From: an uncultured delta proteobacterium
GTDB lineage: Bacteria > Desulfobacterota > BSN033 > UBA1163
NCBI GenBank assembly: GCA_963708295.1
Contig: CAVPSJ010000015.1
Location: 96,001 to 160,000, forward strand
DNA length: 64,000 nucleotides
Direction: 5' to 3'
Positions 21,843-31,631 of the stretch are shown in pieces. The stretch's first letter is position 1; the number at the start of each line of letters is the position of its first letter. Both the position numbers and the translations under genes were made by a program. A model generated the notes under the pieces. It was not told the origin of the DNA, searched no databases, and worked only from the letters and a program-made list of their open reading frames with translations.

Positions 21843-22976
21843 TCGAAGAGGTACATTTCCCCCTGTGGGTAAAGGCGGACGAAGGGCGATCTTTCTTCGG
21901 TCCGCGTAGTACTCTTTGAAGCCAACCCAGGTTTTGCGGATCAGCCCTTCGAAATCAACGCCGGGTTGGTTCCAGTGCGCCTCAAGAAATTCTCTTTTCA
22001 GAGCGGCGTAGGAGAGGATTTTTCCAAATGCCTCTTGCCATTCAATTTCATAGTTCTTCAAATAGTGAAGATCTCCTCTTACAACTGCCTCTGCAGCAAT
22101 CTTTCCTGCGATCTCCCCGTCCATGGCAGCGTTAAAGATCCCTGCCCCTGTAATGGGATGGGCGTGCCCTGCCGCATCCCCTAGGAGAAGGATGTTGTCG
22201 AAGAAAGTCCTCCGGTAGGGCTCACAGGGGATTGACCCTCCTGTTTTTGAAACGATTTCAGCGCTTACCCATTTCTTGGATTTTCTCAATAGATTTAAGA
22301 AATCACCGAGCAGACTTGGCAATTGAGCGGTTTTGGAAGCCACCACTCCCACTCCCACATTGGCCGTACTCCCTTTCGGGAAAAACCAGGCATATCCTCC
22401 CTCAAAGTCTTTATGGAAAAAAACCTCCACATGATTCTGAGGCTTCGGCATCACGACTTCATATTGAAGGGCCACAAGGGTCTTCAAAGAAGGTTGGCCA
22501 ACGAAACGCGCGATGGCTGAGTGGACCCCATCCGCACCGATAAAGATCTTCGATCGAATGATCGCTTTCTCAGGGCCTCGCTCTACAGCAAGGCCCTCGG
22601 CAAGAAGACTCACTGCCCTCGTTTCTATAGAAATCTTTGCTCCGGCTAAAACGGCTGAAGCGACCAACTCCTTATCGAAGAGGGACCGGTCGAGCATATA
22701 CCCGGGGCTTTTCATCTCATAGGATGCCCCGTCAGGGAGATGAGTGACCATCGAATCAATGGTCTGATGAATGCAGGTTGGCGAGAAATGAGCATGGCGA
22801 GAGATCCATTGGGGGACAAATTCAGCACACTGAACCGGAACCCCCACACGCTGCCTCCGGTCAATGAATAGGACCTTCGCTCCCCTTTCCGCCGCGGTCT
22901 TCGCTGCGCTTGAGCCCGCTGGACCGGCCCCAATGATGACTATGTCATAAGGTTCTGCCAAAGAAGCTTCACCCAT
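21840..22976 (-). CDS. Geranylgeranyl-reductase-family FAD protein (LipT-like)
   Basis: DIVIIGAGPAGS, IGADG, GGYAWFFPKG and LLGDAAG..PITGAGI, located between the lipoate ligase and radical SAM genes. Confidence 0.85.
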   Translation of the reverse strand: MGEASLAEPYDIVIIGAGPAGSSAAKTAAERGAKVLFIDRRQRVGVPVQCAEFVPQWISRHAHFSPTCIHQTIDSMVTHLPDGASYEMKSPGYMLDRSLFDKELVASAVLAGAKISIETRAVSLLAEGLAVERGPEKAIIRSKIFIGADGVHSAIARFVGQPSLKTLVALQYEVVMPKPQNHVEVFFHKDFEGGYAWFFPKGSTANVGVGVVASKTAQLPSLLGDFLNLLRKSKKWVSAEIVSKTGGSIPCEPYRRTFFDNILLLGDAAGHAHPITGAGIFNAAMDGEIAGKIAAEAVVRGDLHYLKNYEIEWQEAFGKILSYAALKREFLEAHWNQPGVDFEGLIRKTWVGFKEYYADRRKIALRPPLPTGGNVPLR

Positions 22977-24525
22977 GGCAATACTCAAGAACTCTTTGAA
23001 GGAGAGAAAGGTTGAGATGCGTCTGATTCTCAAAACGGCCTGTTAAGGCCTCTTTTTCCTGTCCGAGATCGTAACAGGTGCTCCTCTCGACGTCGATCAG
23101 GATTCCGGATAATCCGATTCGTTCAAAGTCCGGCCGATGTTTACCATAAAAAGGCTCGCAACAGGAACCGACGAATTCCTTCACTCCGGAATGTTTGAGG
23201 TCGCGAAGGGTTGATTCAAGCTCTTCATAATTCTGGATGGTGATAGGGTCCATCCCAAAGAACCTTGCCATCTGAGCGGCGTCTCCCACCGAGCACCGAC
23301 CACACTCTTCGCAACCCTGCGAGTTTCGGTAGACACATTCCACTTCCTTCGCACAATAGGGGAGGAGAAGGACTTCAGGCTTTCTCACTTCCTTAAAGGG
23401 CTTCAAAACCGGGAAGAGGTGGTGGGTCTCTTCTTCACTGAATCCCTCGGGGAGAAGGTCTATCTTTTGAAGGGCCTCTTCGACGGCCCGAATGAGATGG
23501 GTTTCGCTGATTCCGGGGATCTTCGGTTTTTCTGTTGAGAAAAAGGAACGAATGATTTCCTCGGTATTTGAAGGAGTGGCCTTTGAGTTCTTAAGAAGAC
23601 TTTCGAGGTCGAAGATCGCCCTTTTGGGATAGGCGAAGAAATCACCCGTGATCAGAATTTGGTTGATCAGACGGGCTTTGCTGTCCATCGCAATCGAGAT
23701 TCTGATCAACCCGCCCGGAGCCTTCAGCAGGGAGCTTACGGTCTTCCTTCTGGGCAAGGAGTTTCTTGTCTTGAAGATATACTCCTGAGAGGAGAAGTAT
23801 GGCAGTTTGGTACTGAGCGAATTCTCTTCGTCTGCCGTGAGGGGTTTGTTTTCGAACCGGACTCCAAAGGCCTCTTCAAACCCTTTGGCCAAGGAGGCCT
23901 TGATGGCCCGAATCGACGGGGTTCGGCCCAATTCCCACTTTAAACAGGTCACCCTTTCTTTGACGGATTCGATTTCTTTATCCTGGAGCTTTTCGGTGGG
24001 AATTCTGAGGCTTCGGAGCATCTCATCAACGTTGAAATCAACCAGGAGGGTCCCCTGGAAGAGGATTGCGCCGGAGAGCTCGGTTCCCCCTGTTCCTGAA
24101 ATCTTGCGGCCCTGAATTTCGATATCGTTTCTTGGTCGAAAATAGGCGCGGACCCCGAGATGACGAAGCCCAAGGGCGGCCGCCTCCCCCATCTTTCTAT
24201 AAAGATCTTCAATTCTTGAGGGAATCCGTGGGTCTTTCCTGGAGATGTAAATCTCCCAGCCCAGTTCATTTCTCCCCCAGTAGAGAGCGCCTCCTCCTGT
24301 GAGCCTCCGGTTAATGGCGATCCCGTGATCTCGACAGTAGTCGAGCCTCACTTCTTCCTCCACCGATTGATGATGTCCGACCAACACCGTAGGGGTGGAG
24401 AACTGGAGAAACCGGAGGGTGTGGGGGATTTTCTCCGCGGCTTTCCATTCGAGAAGAGCCTCGTCCGTGGCCATGTTTTCAGCGCCCGAGCGGGGACCTG
24501 TATCTATGAGTCTCCATGTTTCCAT
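22969..24525 (-). CDS. Lipoate-protein ligase with a C-terminal Cys-rich DUF116-like domain
   Basis: NMATDEALL, RRLTGGGA, NDI..GRKISGTG and ITGDFF motifs, followed by LPYC...CEECGRC...GSCC. Confidence 0.9.
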   Translation of the reverse strand: METWRLIDTGPRSGAENMATDEALLEWKAAEKIPHTLRFLQFSTPTVLVGHHQSVEEEVRLDYCRDHGIAINRRLTGGGALYWGRNELGWEIYISRKDPRIPSRIEDLYRKMGEAAALGLRHLGVRAYFRPRNDIEIQGRKISGTGGTELSGAILFQGTLLVDFNVDEMLRSLRIPTEKLQDKEIESVKERVTCLKWELGRTPSIRAIKASLAKGFEEAFGVRFENKPLTADEENSLSTKLPYFSSQEYIFKTRNSLPRRKTVSSLLKAPGGLIRISIAMDSKARLINQILITGDFFAYPKRAIFDLESLLKNSKATPSNTEEIIRSFFSTEKPKIPGISETHLIRAVEEALQKIDLLPEGFSEEETHHLFPVLKPFKEVRKPEVLLLPYCAKEVECVYRNSQGCEECGRCSVGDAAQMARFFGMDPITIQNYEELESTLRDLKHSGVKEFVGSCCEPFYGKHRPDFERIGLSGILIDVERSTCYDLGQEKEALTGRFENQTHLNLSLLQRVLEYCHG

Positions 24526-24760
24526 TGCGATCCTTTTATAACTAATTTCTCTACAGTCTTCAATTTGAAAATAGCATAGGCCGAAACTACCAGGTCCTGC
24601 ACGAAGGCCGATGAGCAGAAAAGAGAACGAAGTGAAATCGAGGGAAGGAGGTCGTTCTTCTTCGGAAGATGAAAGTCTTTGATATTGTAACGGGAGAGGG
24701 TTGATGATTTACTTACCTGAGTGTCTGAGAAATTAGCGTAGCCGAACCGGCTGGATCATT

Positions 24761-25129
24761 TCACTCTTTTAAAAGCGATTCAATCAATGATCTGATCTCC
24801 ATGCCATCCGACGTACCCTTGACAAAGAAATGACTCGCGCCACATTCCATGGCCGCTTGCCGGTACTCAGGAAGGTCATGGCTCGTCAGCATGACGACGT
24901 CAGAGGTCGGATGCTTCCCCCTTATTTTCTTGGTCAATTCGAAGCCCGATTCACCCGGCAGGCTGATGTCCATAAAGATGAGCTGAGGGTGGAAGGATTC
25001 CATTTTCTCCATCGCTTCTTGACTGTCGGAGGCCTCCTCGATCAAAACCGAGGGGAACCAGAGGCTTAACTCCTGTTTCAGAATCTTCCGAAAGTGTCCA
25101 TTATCTTCTACAAGCAATATGTGAAACAT
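24761..25129 (-). CDS. Single-domain response regulator
   Basis: ILLVEDN, FMDISLPG and FFVK receiver motifs. Confidence 0.9.
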   Translation of the reverse strand: MFHILLVEDNGHFRKILKQELSLWFPSVLIEEASDSQEAMEKMESFHPQLIFMDISLPGESGFELTKKIRGKHPTSDVVMLTSHDLPEYRQAAMECGASHFFVKGTSDGMEIRSLIESLLKE

Positions 25130-25262
25130 TCGACTCCTCCAGTCCAGCTTCCAAAAAACGAATCGGTGAAACGGAGAAAGATCTTTTTCTCCGTTTCACC
25201 GGCTCCTTCGCAATCCGCAATCCGAATTCCGCATTCAGAGGGGCCATGCGACCCGGATGGCA

Positions 25263-25462
25263 TTCATCACGAAATCTGTTCAACCAATTTAACAAGGGCT
25301 TCCAACTCATCCCATTCCAGCGATTCTTTAACAAAAAAGCCGTCAAGCTCCATATTGAAAGGCAGCTTGCCGGTACTCCAGTGAAGCATAACCTGTCAGA
25401 ACGGCAATATGAATGTCTGGAAAGTCAGTTTTTATCTTTTGGGTAAGCTTGAGGTCATTCAT
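25263..25462 (-). pseudogene. Receiver-domain remnant paralogous to the neighbouring regulator
   Basis: Manual translation LTQKIKTDFPDIHIAVLTGYASLEYRQAAFQYGA, then after a frameshift GFFVKESLEWDELEALV. Confidence 0.65.
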
Positions 25463-25781
25463 GACTCGCCAACATGACAACGTTGACAGTTGGCGACTTC
25501 GATTATACCAAGGATGCCGAAAATGTGAATAAGTAAAGCGCTGTATTTTGAGAGGAAAAACACTGTATTTTTACGCTCCTTATTCATGATTGTCGAGTGA
25601 AACCTTGTGGCGTTTTAATGACAAAAAAGGAGAAGGGAGAACGCGATGATGCTCATGGAGCCGTTCTTTTCTTTCTGGCGAGAAGCAGGCGATAAGCTTG
25701 CCCGCCGGCCCAGCTGCTCACCGGCAAGCAGGGGCCGGTGAGCAGGGGTTGGGCGGGAGGGGGGAGGACTGGCTAATCATT

Positions 25782-26075
25782 CTATCTCAAAACGGCGATC
25801 CGGGTGACGGCGTTCCTCATGATCGAATCCTTGATATACTCGATCTTGACTCTGTCACCGATCAGCGGGGGTCTCGAATCCAAGAAAGTCTTATACCCGC
25901 ACCAGAATACGGATACTCTCCCGTCCTCATCCCTCACCTGGAGCAGGGAAAATTCTATCCCGATCACCTGGCCATAATAGACCCTGGTCGACGCTCCAAC
26001 GGAGTTGATAAAGAGAGAGGCGAGGATTAAGTTTACAAGAAATCCGACGACAAGAATTTTTTTTCTGCTTTCCAT
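25782..26075 (-). CDS. Small exported hypothetical protein
   Basis: MESRKKILVVGFLVNLILASLF signal/TM segment, with RBS GGAGG upstream. Confidence 0.65.
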   Translation of the reverse strand: MESRKKILVVGFLVNLILASLFINSVGASTRVYYGQVIGIEFSLLQVRDEDGRVSVFWCGYKTFLDSRPPLIGDRVKIEYIKDSIMRNAVTRIAVLR

Positions 26076-26181
26076 TTTAGATAAACCCTCCTTTTCAACC
26101 ACCAAAGACATAAGACGGCGGTATAGAAATCGATCACGATTCTGAATTTGAGTGAGAAATCCATAGTTACCCTCTTTTTGG

Positions 26182-27345
26182 CTACGGATTGACGGGTGCC
26201 ATCTGCAGCTGTGTTCCAATCGGTGATGGCTCCAAGGATGGTGCCGGCTTGGGAGGAAGGGTAAAGACAAAGTTTGACCCGTGGTCTTTTGCCTCATACC
26301 AGATCTCTCCTCCCAATTTCCGAATAACATTGTTGACAAGATAGAGACCCAGGCCCGTGCCGCCCGCTCCCCCTTCTCCGTCCCGGCTATTCACGTGACT
26401 CATCGATTTTGTGAAAAGTCTCTCCCGGTATTCCTCAGGGATGGGTTTTCCGCTGTTATAGACGTTCAACCGGTAATAAGACCCCTGATCTTCGAAACCG
26501 ATGGCGATCATTCCCTCCTTGTCGCCGTACTTGACGGCATTCCTGAGAAGATTCCTGAGGACCATCTTCAGCCAGATTCCATTCGTTTTGATGGAGATAG
26601 GTCTGTTCGACATGGCATGGAGACGATGGTCTATCATCAGGCGGCGGCCCTTCAGCTCGGAGGAGAGTTCCTTCAGGACCGGAATCAAGACCTCTTTCAT
26701 CAAATCCAAAGACTCGAGTTCTGTGTTTAAATCATCGTTTACCGAAAAGCTCCTGCCCAGATATTCTTCCGTGACCCCGATTAACCCCGAAGTTTTTGAA
26801 AAGAGTTCTTTTATTCTACCGACCACCGCCTCATCCATTTTTCCATAATAGCCGCGGCTCAACAATTTCAGGGTGGCGGACATGGAGAGGAGGGATCCTC
26901 GCACATCGTGAGACAGGGCCTTCACCATGTTCAGGATCTTCTCGTTAAGGGTAAAGTCGAATGATCCGGGTGGCGGGTCCTCTCGAGTCTCCATCTTTTC
27001 AATGCAATGGGAGACCCGCATTTCCATCTCCGCCAATCCGAAGGGTGTAAACAGGTAGTCATCCGCAGAAGACCGAATGGCGTGGATCGTGGGGATTGAT
27101 CTGCTGCTGGTGGCCAGTATGAGAATGGCCAGGATTCCCGGGTTCGACTCTTTGGCCGTCTCCAAAACAGTCAAAAGATCGGTGACCACCAAGTCGAAAT
27201 TACGGGTCCGTATCCTCTCCATGGCGGATTCATCCTTTGTTTCTGCGGTGACTCGATAGCCCTTTTCCTCGAGGGCTGATTGGATCACCCTCCGTCCGTG
27301 TGAACCTTCTTCTGCAAGCGCAAGCAATATCTCAACCTTTTTCAT
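26182..27345 (-). CDS. Hybrid receiver-histidine kinase
   Basis: Degenerate REC domain, H-box LSHDVRGSL, N-box NLLRNAVKY and G-box GTGLGLY. Confidence 0.9.
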   Translation of the reverse strand: MKKVEILLALAEEGSHGRRVIQSALEEKGYRVTAETKDESAMERIRTRNFDLVVTDLLTVLETAKESNPGILAILILATSSRSIPTIHAIRSSADDYLFTPFGLAEMEMRVSHCIEKMETREDPPPGSFDFTLNEKILNMVKALSHDVRGSLLSMSATLKLLSRGYYGKMDEAVVGRIKELFSKTSGLIGVTEEYLGRSFSVNDDLNTELESLDLMKEVLIPVLKELSSELKGRRLMIDHRLHAMSNRPISIKTNGIWLKMVLRNLLRNAVKYGDKEGMIAIGFEDQGSYYRLNVYNSGKPIPEEYRERLFTKSMSHVNSRDGEGGAGGTGLGLYLVNNVIRKLGGEIWYEAKDHGSNFVFTLPPKPAPSLEPSPIGTQLQMAPVNP

Positions 27346-27349
27346 GAGT

Positions 27350-28396
27350 TCACCTCCTTGCAGTGACCGGAACGTGCCCCATCCCGTCGAGGCAAGATAG
27401 GCGGGGAGAGGGGAACATTTCAGAGATTCCTGCGTTTTGGTGAATGACGCCTTCCGGATTCGCCTCATTCATCTTTTCCCTCCTAAGCTCATGACCAGCG
27501 ATATCTTTGTAAACGAGTTCATCCGTCTCGAGGTCATATTCTGGAATAGAAGGATTGTTCCACTTTCCTAGGAAATATTGATAAAAAGGGAAGTAAAGAC
27601 TGCCGATATTCGGGTCGTGCTTAAACACGTATCTTGGCATCCTTTGAACATCCAAACCCGGTTGATAATGCTGGAGCCAGATGAAGTCGCCCAGGATCGT
27701 CATTTTCAGGAAAGGGGGATCGGGATAGAGTTTGAGTCTGACATTCTTCTGGGCACCCTTAAGGATCTTGAGAAAGTCAATGCTCCTTCTGATCTGCTCT
27801 CCAAAAGTCTCCGGAGTCACATCCGGGTTCGGGATCCCTTTCGCCCGCAGAATCGCTCCTTCGCTGCTCGGGTCGAGCAGCATAATTTTTGCCTTCCGGC
27901 AATTCCGGATGACCTGGTGAAGTTCTCCATTTGGGTCGACAAAGGTACGAAAACCCGTCGAGCTGATGACCATGACGTCCCTTGCGATCCCTTGGCTTTC
28001 CTTCAATTTCTTGATTCTTCTCTTTGCAAAGAATCCCTTGGCAGGGGTGACAAACACCATGCCGGCAACCCTTGCCATATTGGAAAGTTTTCGATCCTTC
28101 CAGCTTTTGCGGAGGTGAGCGAAGAATAGGATAATGCATACGGTTAAAATGATTTCCACGGATAAGAAGAATATCTTATCGTTCCCTATCCGGGACCAGT
28201 AGAGGAGAAACTCTCTCGCCACAAATCTGATCACGAAGGGTAAGGAGAGGGCAAGGGCAGCGCTGAAGCCCACCATCACCATGTGATGGAGCACATAGGA
28301 AGAGCCCTTTATAAAATCATCGAAGAATCTCTTTTTGATCAAAATGACCTCTTGTGGCAAAGGGCGCACCCTTTCGTACCGTATTCTCAGTGACAC
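27350..28396 (-). CDS. Membrane protein with two TM helices and a DUF5919-like cytoplasmic domain
   Basis: TM segments followed by KIMLLDPSS...RLKLY. The 3' end is derived from a repeat. Confidence 0.6.
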   Translation of the reverse strand: MSLRIRYERVRPLPQEVILIKKRFFDDFIKGSSYVLHHMVMVGFSAALALSLPFVIRFVAREFLLYWSRIGNDKIFFLSVEIILTVCIILFFAHLRKSWKDRKLSNMARVAGMVFVTPAKGFFAKRRIKKLKESQGIARDVMVISSTGFRTFVDPNGELHQVIRNCRKAKIMLLDPSSEGAILRAKGIPNPDVTPETFGEQIRRSIDFLKILKGAQKNVRLKLYPDPPFLKMTILGDFIWLQHYQPGLDVQRMPRYVFKHDPNIGSLYFPFYQYFLGKWNNPSIPEYDLETDELVYKDIAGHELRREKMNEANPEGVIHQNAGISEMFPSPRLSCLDGMGHVPVTARR

Positions 28397-28409
28397 ATCC
28401 GGAAAATGT

Positions 28410-28769
28410 TTAAATCAGAGTAATTAATGCCGTCATCAACAAGAAAGCAATTTCGGAACCCGTGGTGTTTCCCTCCTTCGTGACCCGATCAGAAAGGGAA
28501 GCGATCAATCGGATCTGTCTATGATCCAGGGTCAATAGTTTATCCTTTGTTCTTTCGAGTAATTGTCGGTCTTCCATCCTGCTTTCCAAAGCTGAAAGGA
28601 TCTGAGATATGTCGGCCGAAAAGCTCAGCCGATAAGGGATCCCGGGATCGGAATCGGGTTTTGCGGTTTTGGCAAGGGTTGCCGTGGGGAGAAAGATGAG
28701 ACTTTGAGCGAGGACAAGCCCTGCCGCGACCGATTTTACGAATCTCTTTGCCTTTATTTTCATGTTCAC
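28410..28769 (-). CDS. Exported hypothetical protein
   Basis: Signal-peptide-like N-terminus and hydrophobic C-terminus, in operon context. Confidence 0.65.
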   Translation of the reverse strand: MNMKIKAKRFVKSVAAGLVLAQSLIFLPTATLAKTAKPDSDPGIPYRLSFSADISQILSALESRMEDRQLLERTKDKLLTLDHRQIRLIASLSDRVTKEGNTTGSEIAFLLMTALITLI

Positions 28770-28781
28770 TCTGTCTCTTGT

Positions 28782-29135
28782 TTAGGATCGAGAAACAAGG
28801 CTGATCAATTCATTCTTGGAAAAGGGCTTTTCCAGAACCCCTGCATGATACTTTTTCTTTTCCTCTTCCAGGGGTGACACGTACTGGCCAACATCGCCGC
28901 TCATATAGATTGTCCGGACACCCGGGTTATGACACCTTATTTCCTTTATCAGCTCCAAACCGTTCTTCTCAGGCATTTGAATATCCGTGAGGACGAGGTC
29001 GGGGTTAAACAAAAGATACGTGGAATATCCATCGTTCCCATTCTTGGCTGATTTTACCTCATACCCTTCATCCTCCAGCATCCACTTGATGAGGAAAAGC
29101 AAATCCTGATTATCGTCTACTATCAATATTTTCAT
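28782..29135 (-). CDS. Single-domain response regulator
   Basis: ILIVDDN, LTDIQMP and LEKPF. Confidence 0.92.
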   Translation of the reverse strand: MKILIVDDNQDLLFLIKWMLEDEGYEVKSAKNGNDGYSTYLLFNPDLVLTDIQMPEKNGLELIKEIRCHNPGVRTIYMSGDVGQYVSPLEEEKKKYHAGVLEKPFSKNELISLVSRS

Positions 29136-29187
29136 CTTCCTTCCCCCTTTCTTTGTGAGTTAAGATCAAGCATCTGGTAGGGATTAA

Positions 29188-29205
29188 AAGCAAAGGGGGT
29201 GCCAA
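29188..29205 (-). promoter_or_regulatory. sigma54 (-24/-12) promoter
   Basis: Minus strand TTGGCACCCCCTTTGCTT, which has exact GG-N10-GC spacing, 53 bp upstream of the ATG at 29135. Confidence 0.85.
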
Positions 29206-29281
29206 GTCTAAAGATAGGGATTATCCTATTGAATTTAAATGGTTTTTGTCGATTGCAGGTTCTTTTGTGATTGTCTTGTTT

Positions 29282-29330
29282 GAAGGGATATTCCTACAGG
29301 AAGGCCTCTACGTAGTAGGTAATTCCCTAC
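29282..29330. promoter_or_regulatory. Two putative enhancer sites G(T/A)AGG-N6-CCTAC
   Basis: GAAGGGATATTCCTAC (29282) and GTAGGTAATTCCCTAC (29315) lie 33 bp apart, about 80-125 bp upstream of the -24 box. Confidence 0.55.
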
Positions 29331-29354
29331 GTTTCTGGAGTCGGGAAGTTCACT

Positions 29355-30722
29355 TCACGAGGGTTTCTTGAAATCTTCGCTTTTCAGGCGATGTTTTTTG
29401 AGGAGATCATAGAAATCGGCGCGATACTTTCCTGCAAGCTTCGCGGCCTTGGTGACATTTCCTTCGCAGATATCGAGAAGGTGGATCAGGTACCCTTTCT
29501 CGTAAGCATCTCTGGCCTCTTTTAGCGGCTTTAACGGTTCTCCAGGCATGGCTCCTTTGGTTTGGAGGATAAAGGCTTCTGTAATTAAATTCTGCTGGGT
29601 CATGACGACTGCGTACTCCACCGTGTTTTCTAATTCTCGGACATTCCCCGGCCAGTCATAGAGCATCAGTTTTTGCATCGCCTGAGGCATAAGACCCGTG
29701 ACCTCTTTCTTCATCTGCTGGCTGAATTTCTGAAGGAAATGTTCTACCAACGGGGGAATGTCTTCCTTTCTTTCTCTCAGGGGGGGAAGTTGTATAGGAA
29801 TCACGTGAATCCTGTAGAAAAGGTCTTCGCGGAAGAGACCTTGCTTGACGAGACTTTCGAGGTCCTTTTGGGTGGCGACGATCACCCTCACATCGACGTC
29901 CACGGGTTTTTCGCCGCCGATGGGATAGAATTGTCGCTCCTGGAGGGCCCTCAAAAGTTTGGCCTGAATGGAAAGCGGCATGTCTCCGATTTCATCCAAG
30001 AAGAGGGTTCCGCCGTGGGCCTGGGTGAACAAACCTTTTGTACTTCGAACCGCTCCCGTAAAGGCTCCCTTCTCATGACCGAACAGTTCGCTCTCCAGCA
30101 GGGCTTCGGGGAGGGCGGCGCAGTTGATGGCGATAAAGGGTCTGTCCTTCCTCTCGCTGGCGAGATGAATGGCTTTGGCAATGAGTTCTTTCCCGGTTCC
30201 GCTTTCCCCGTGGATATAAACCGTTGATTCCGTTTTGGCAATCTGGGAGACCATCTCCAGAACCCTCTTCATCTTCTCGCTTCGGGTGACAATGTTTACA
30301 AAATCGTATCTTTCCTCCAACAGCCCTTTCAGCCTGTTAATCTCAACGTTGAGCCTTTGATTCTCGAGGGCCCTGTCGATTTGGAGAAGGAGATGCTGGG
30401 GCTCAAAGGGTTTGGTCAGATAGCCGTAGGCTCCCCTTTTCATGGCCTCCACAGCACTTTCGATGCTTCCGTAGGCTGTGAGGATGACCACAGGCATCTC
30501 CGGGAGGATCAGGTGAAGCTCTTCCATCAGAGAGATCCCGTCCTGACGGACAAGCTGCAGGTCAACCACCGACAGGTCAAAGATATGGCTTTTGACAGCT
30601 TCGACGGCATCCTCTTCCTTGAGTGCGGTGGTTACCTCATAATCTGCCGACTCCAGCCGCATCTTTACAAGCTCCAGGAGATTTCTATCATCGTCGACCA
30701 CCAAGATTTTTCCTTTAGACAT
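29355..30722 (-). CDS. sigma54-dependent response regulator (NtrC family, GlrR-like)
   Basis: REC domain, [21 protein letters not shown] and [10 protein letters not shown]. The C-terminal HTH reads [12 protein letters not shown]. Confidence 0.95.
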   Translation of the reverse strand: MSKGKILVVDDDRNLLELVKMRLESADYEVTTALKEEDAVEAVKSHIFDLSVVDLQLVRQDGISLMEELHLILPEMPVVILTAYGSIESAVEAMKRGAYGYLTKPFEPQHLLLQIDRALENQRLNVEINRLKGLLEERYDFVNIVTRSEKMKRVLEMVSQIAKTESTVYIHGESGTGKELIAKAIHLASERKDRPFIAINCAALPEALLESELFGHEKGAFTGAVRSTKGLFTQAHGGTLFLDEIGDMPLSIQAKLLRALQERQFYPIGGEKPVDVDVRVIVATQKDLESLVKQGLFREDLFYRIHVIPIQLPPLRERKEDIPPLVEHFLQKFSQQMKKEVTGLMPQAMQKLMLYDWPGNVRELENTVEYAVVMTQQNLITEAFILQTKGAMPGEPLKPLKEARDAYEKGYLIHLLDICEGNVTKAAKLAGKYRADFYDLLKKHRLKSEDFKKPS

Positions 30723-30770
30723 CGTTCCTCTTCTCTCGCTTTCTTTCTTGCGAAGTGCCGGAGCACACTT

Positions 30771-31631
30771 TCATTTTGTTTTCTCTCTCTTCTTTTCCTC
30801 GATCTCAATGTCCACCTGCTTCGATTTTTCAATCACCAGGCTGAGCTCCTCAATCGAGCGACTCAGTTTCTCATTTTCTTGAAGCACCCCGACCCAAGTT
30901 TTGGCTTGCTCGGCCCAGGGGCTTCCCGGGTGATCCTTGATCAGCCTTTTAAAAAAAGCGAGAGACTTTCCGTAATCCTTCTTTGTATTCCCCGGGTGAG
31001 CAAGGATCAGTCCCATGTTAAAAAGGGCCCCATCCCCCGGAGGATTCTGGCCGGAGACGGACAGGATCCTTTGGTTTTCCTTCAAAGCCCCTTCGTAATT
31101 TCCCTCAGACAGAAGCTCTTCAGAAAGGAGGAAAGGTTCGCGTGTTTGTTCCCATTCTTCAACCCTCCTGCCTAATTGTCTTGATTCTGCGTTCATTCGG
31201 TCGAGTGTTTCAACGGTCTGGTTTAACTTCTCGTTCTCCTGAAGGATTTTTACCCAGATCTTGGCTCCTTCGCTCCAGGAGCTTTGAGGAAAATCCTTCA
31301 AGAGTTTGTCGAAAAAGAAGATGGACTTCTTATAATCCTTCTTCGGATATCCAGGATGGGCATAGATCCACGCCATGTTGAAAAGGGCCTCATCCTCCGG
31401 AGGTCTGTGAATGGAAAGGGACAGGATTTTCAGGTGTTCGTGAATGGCGCCTTCGTAGTTTCCCTGAGCAAGAAGTGCTTTGCCGCTGCGGAGATATCGT
31501 CTGGCCTCCACCCCTTCCTTTATTTCAACCCTCATCTTCTCCAGAGGAGCACACCCCTGGAGGGCCAGGACAATCAGACCGGCAACACAAAAATAAATGA
31601 GGCTCCTTGCCCCGGTTCGCTCTCTGCCCAT
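30771..31631 (-). CDS. TPR lipoprotein with two internal repeats (QseG-like position)
   Basis: Lipobox LALQGC and a duplicated GNYEGA...ALFNM....HPG..KKDY unit. Confidence 0.8.
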   Translation of the reverse strand: MGRERTGARSLIYFCVAGLIVLALQGCAPLEKMRVEIKEGVEARRYLRSGKALLAQGNYEGAIHEHLKILSLSIHRPPEDEALFNMAWIYAHPGYPKKDYKKSIFFFDKLLKDFPQSSWSEGAKIWVKILQENEKLNQTVETLDRMNAESRQLGRRVEEWEQTREPFLLSEELLSEGNYEGALKENQRILSVSGQNPPGDGALFNMGLILAHPGNTKKDYGKSLAFFKRLIKDHPGSPWAEQAKTWVGVLQENEKLSRSIEELSLVIEKSKQVDIEIEEKKREKTK

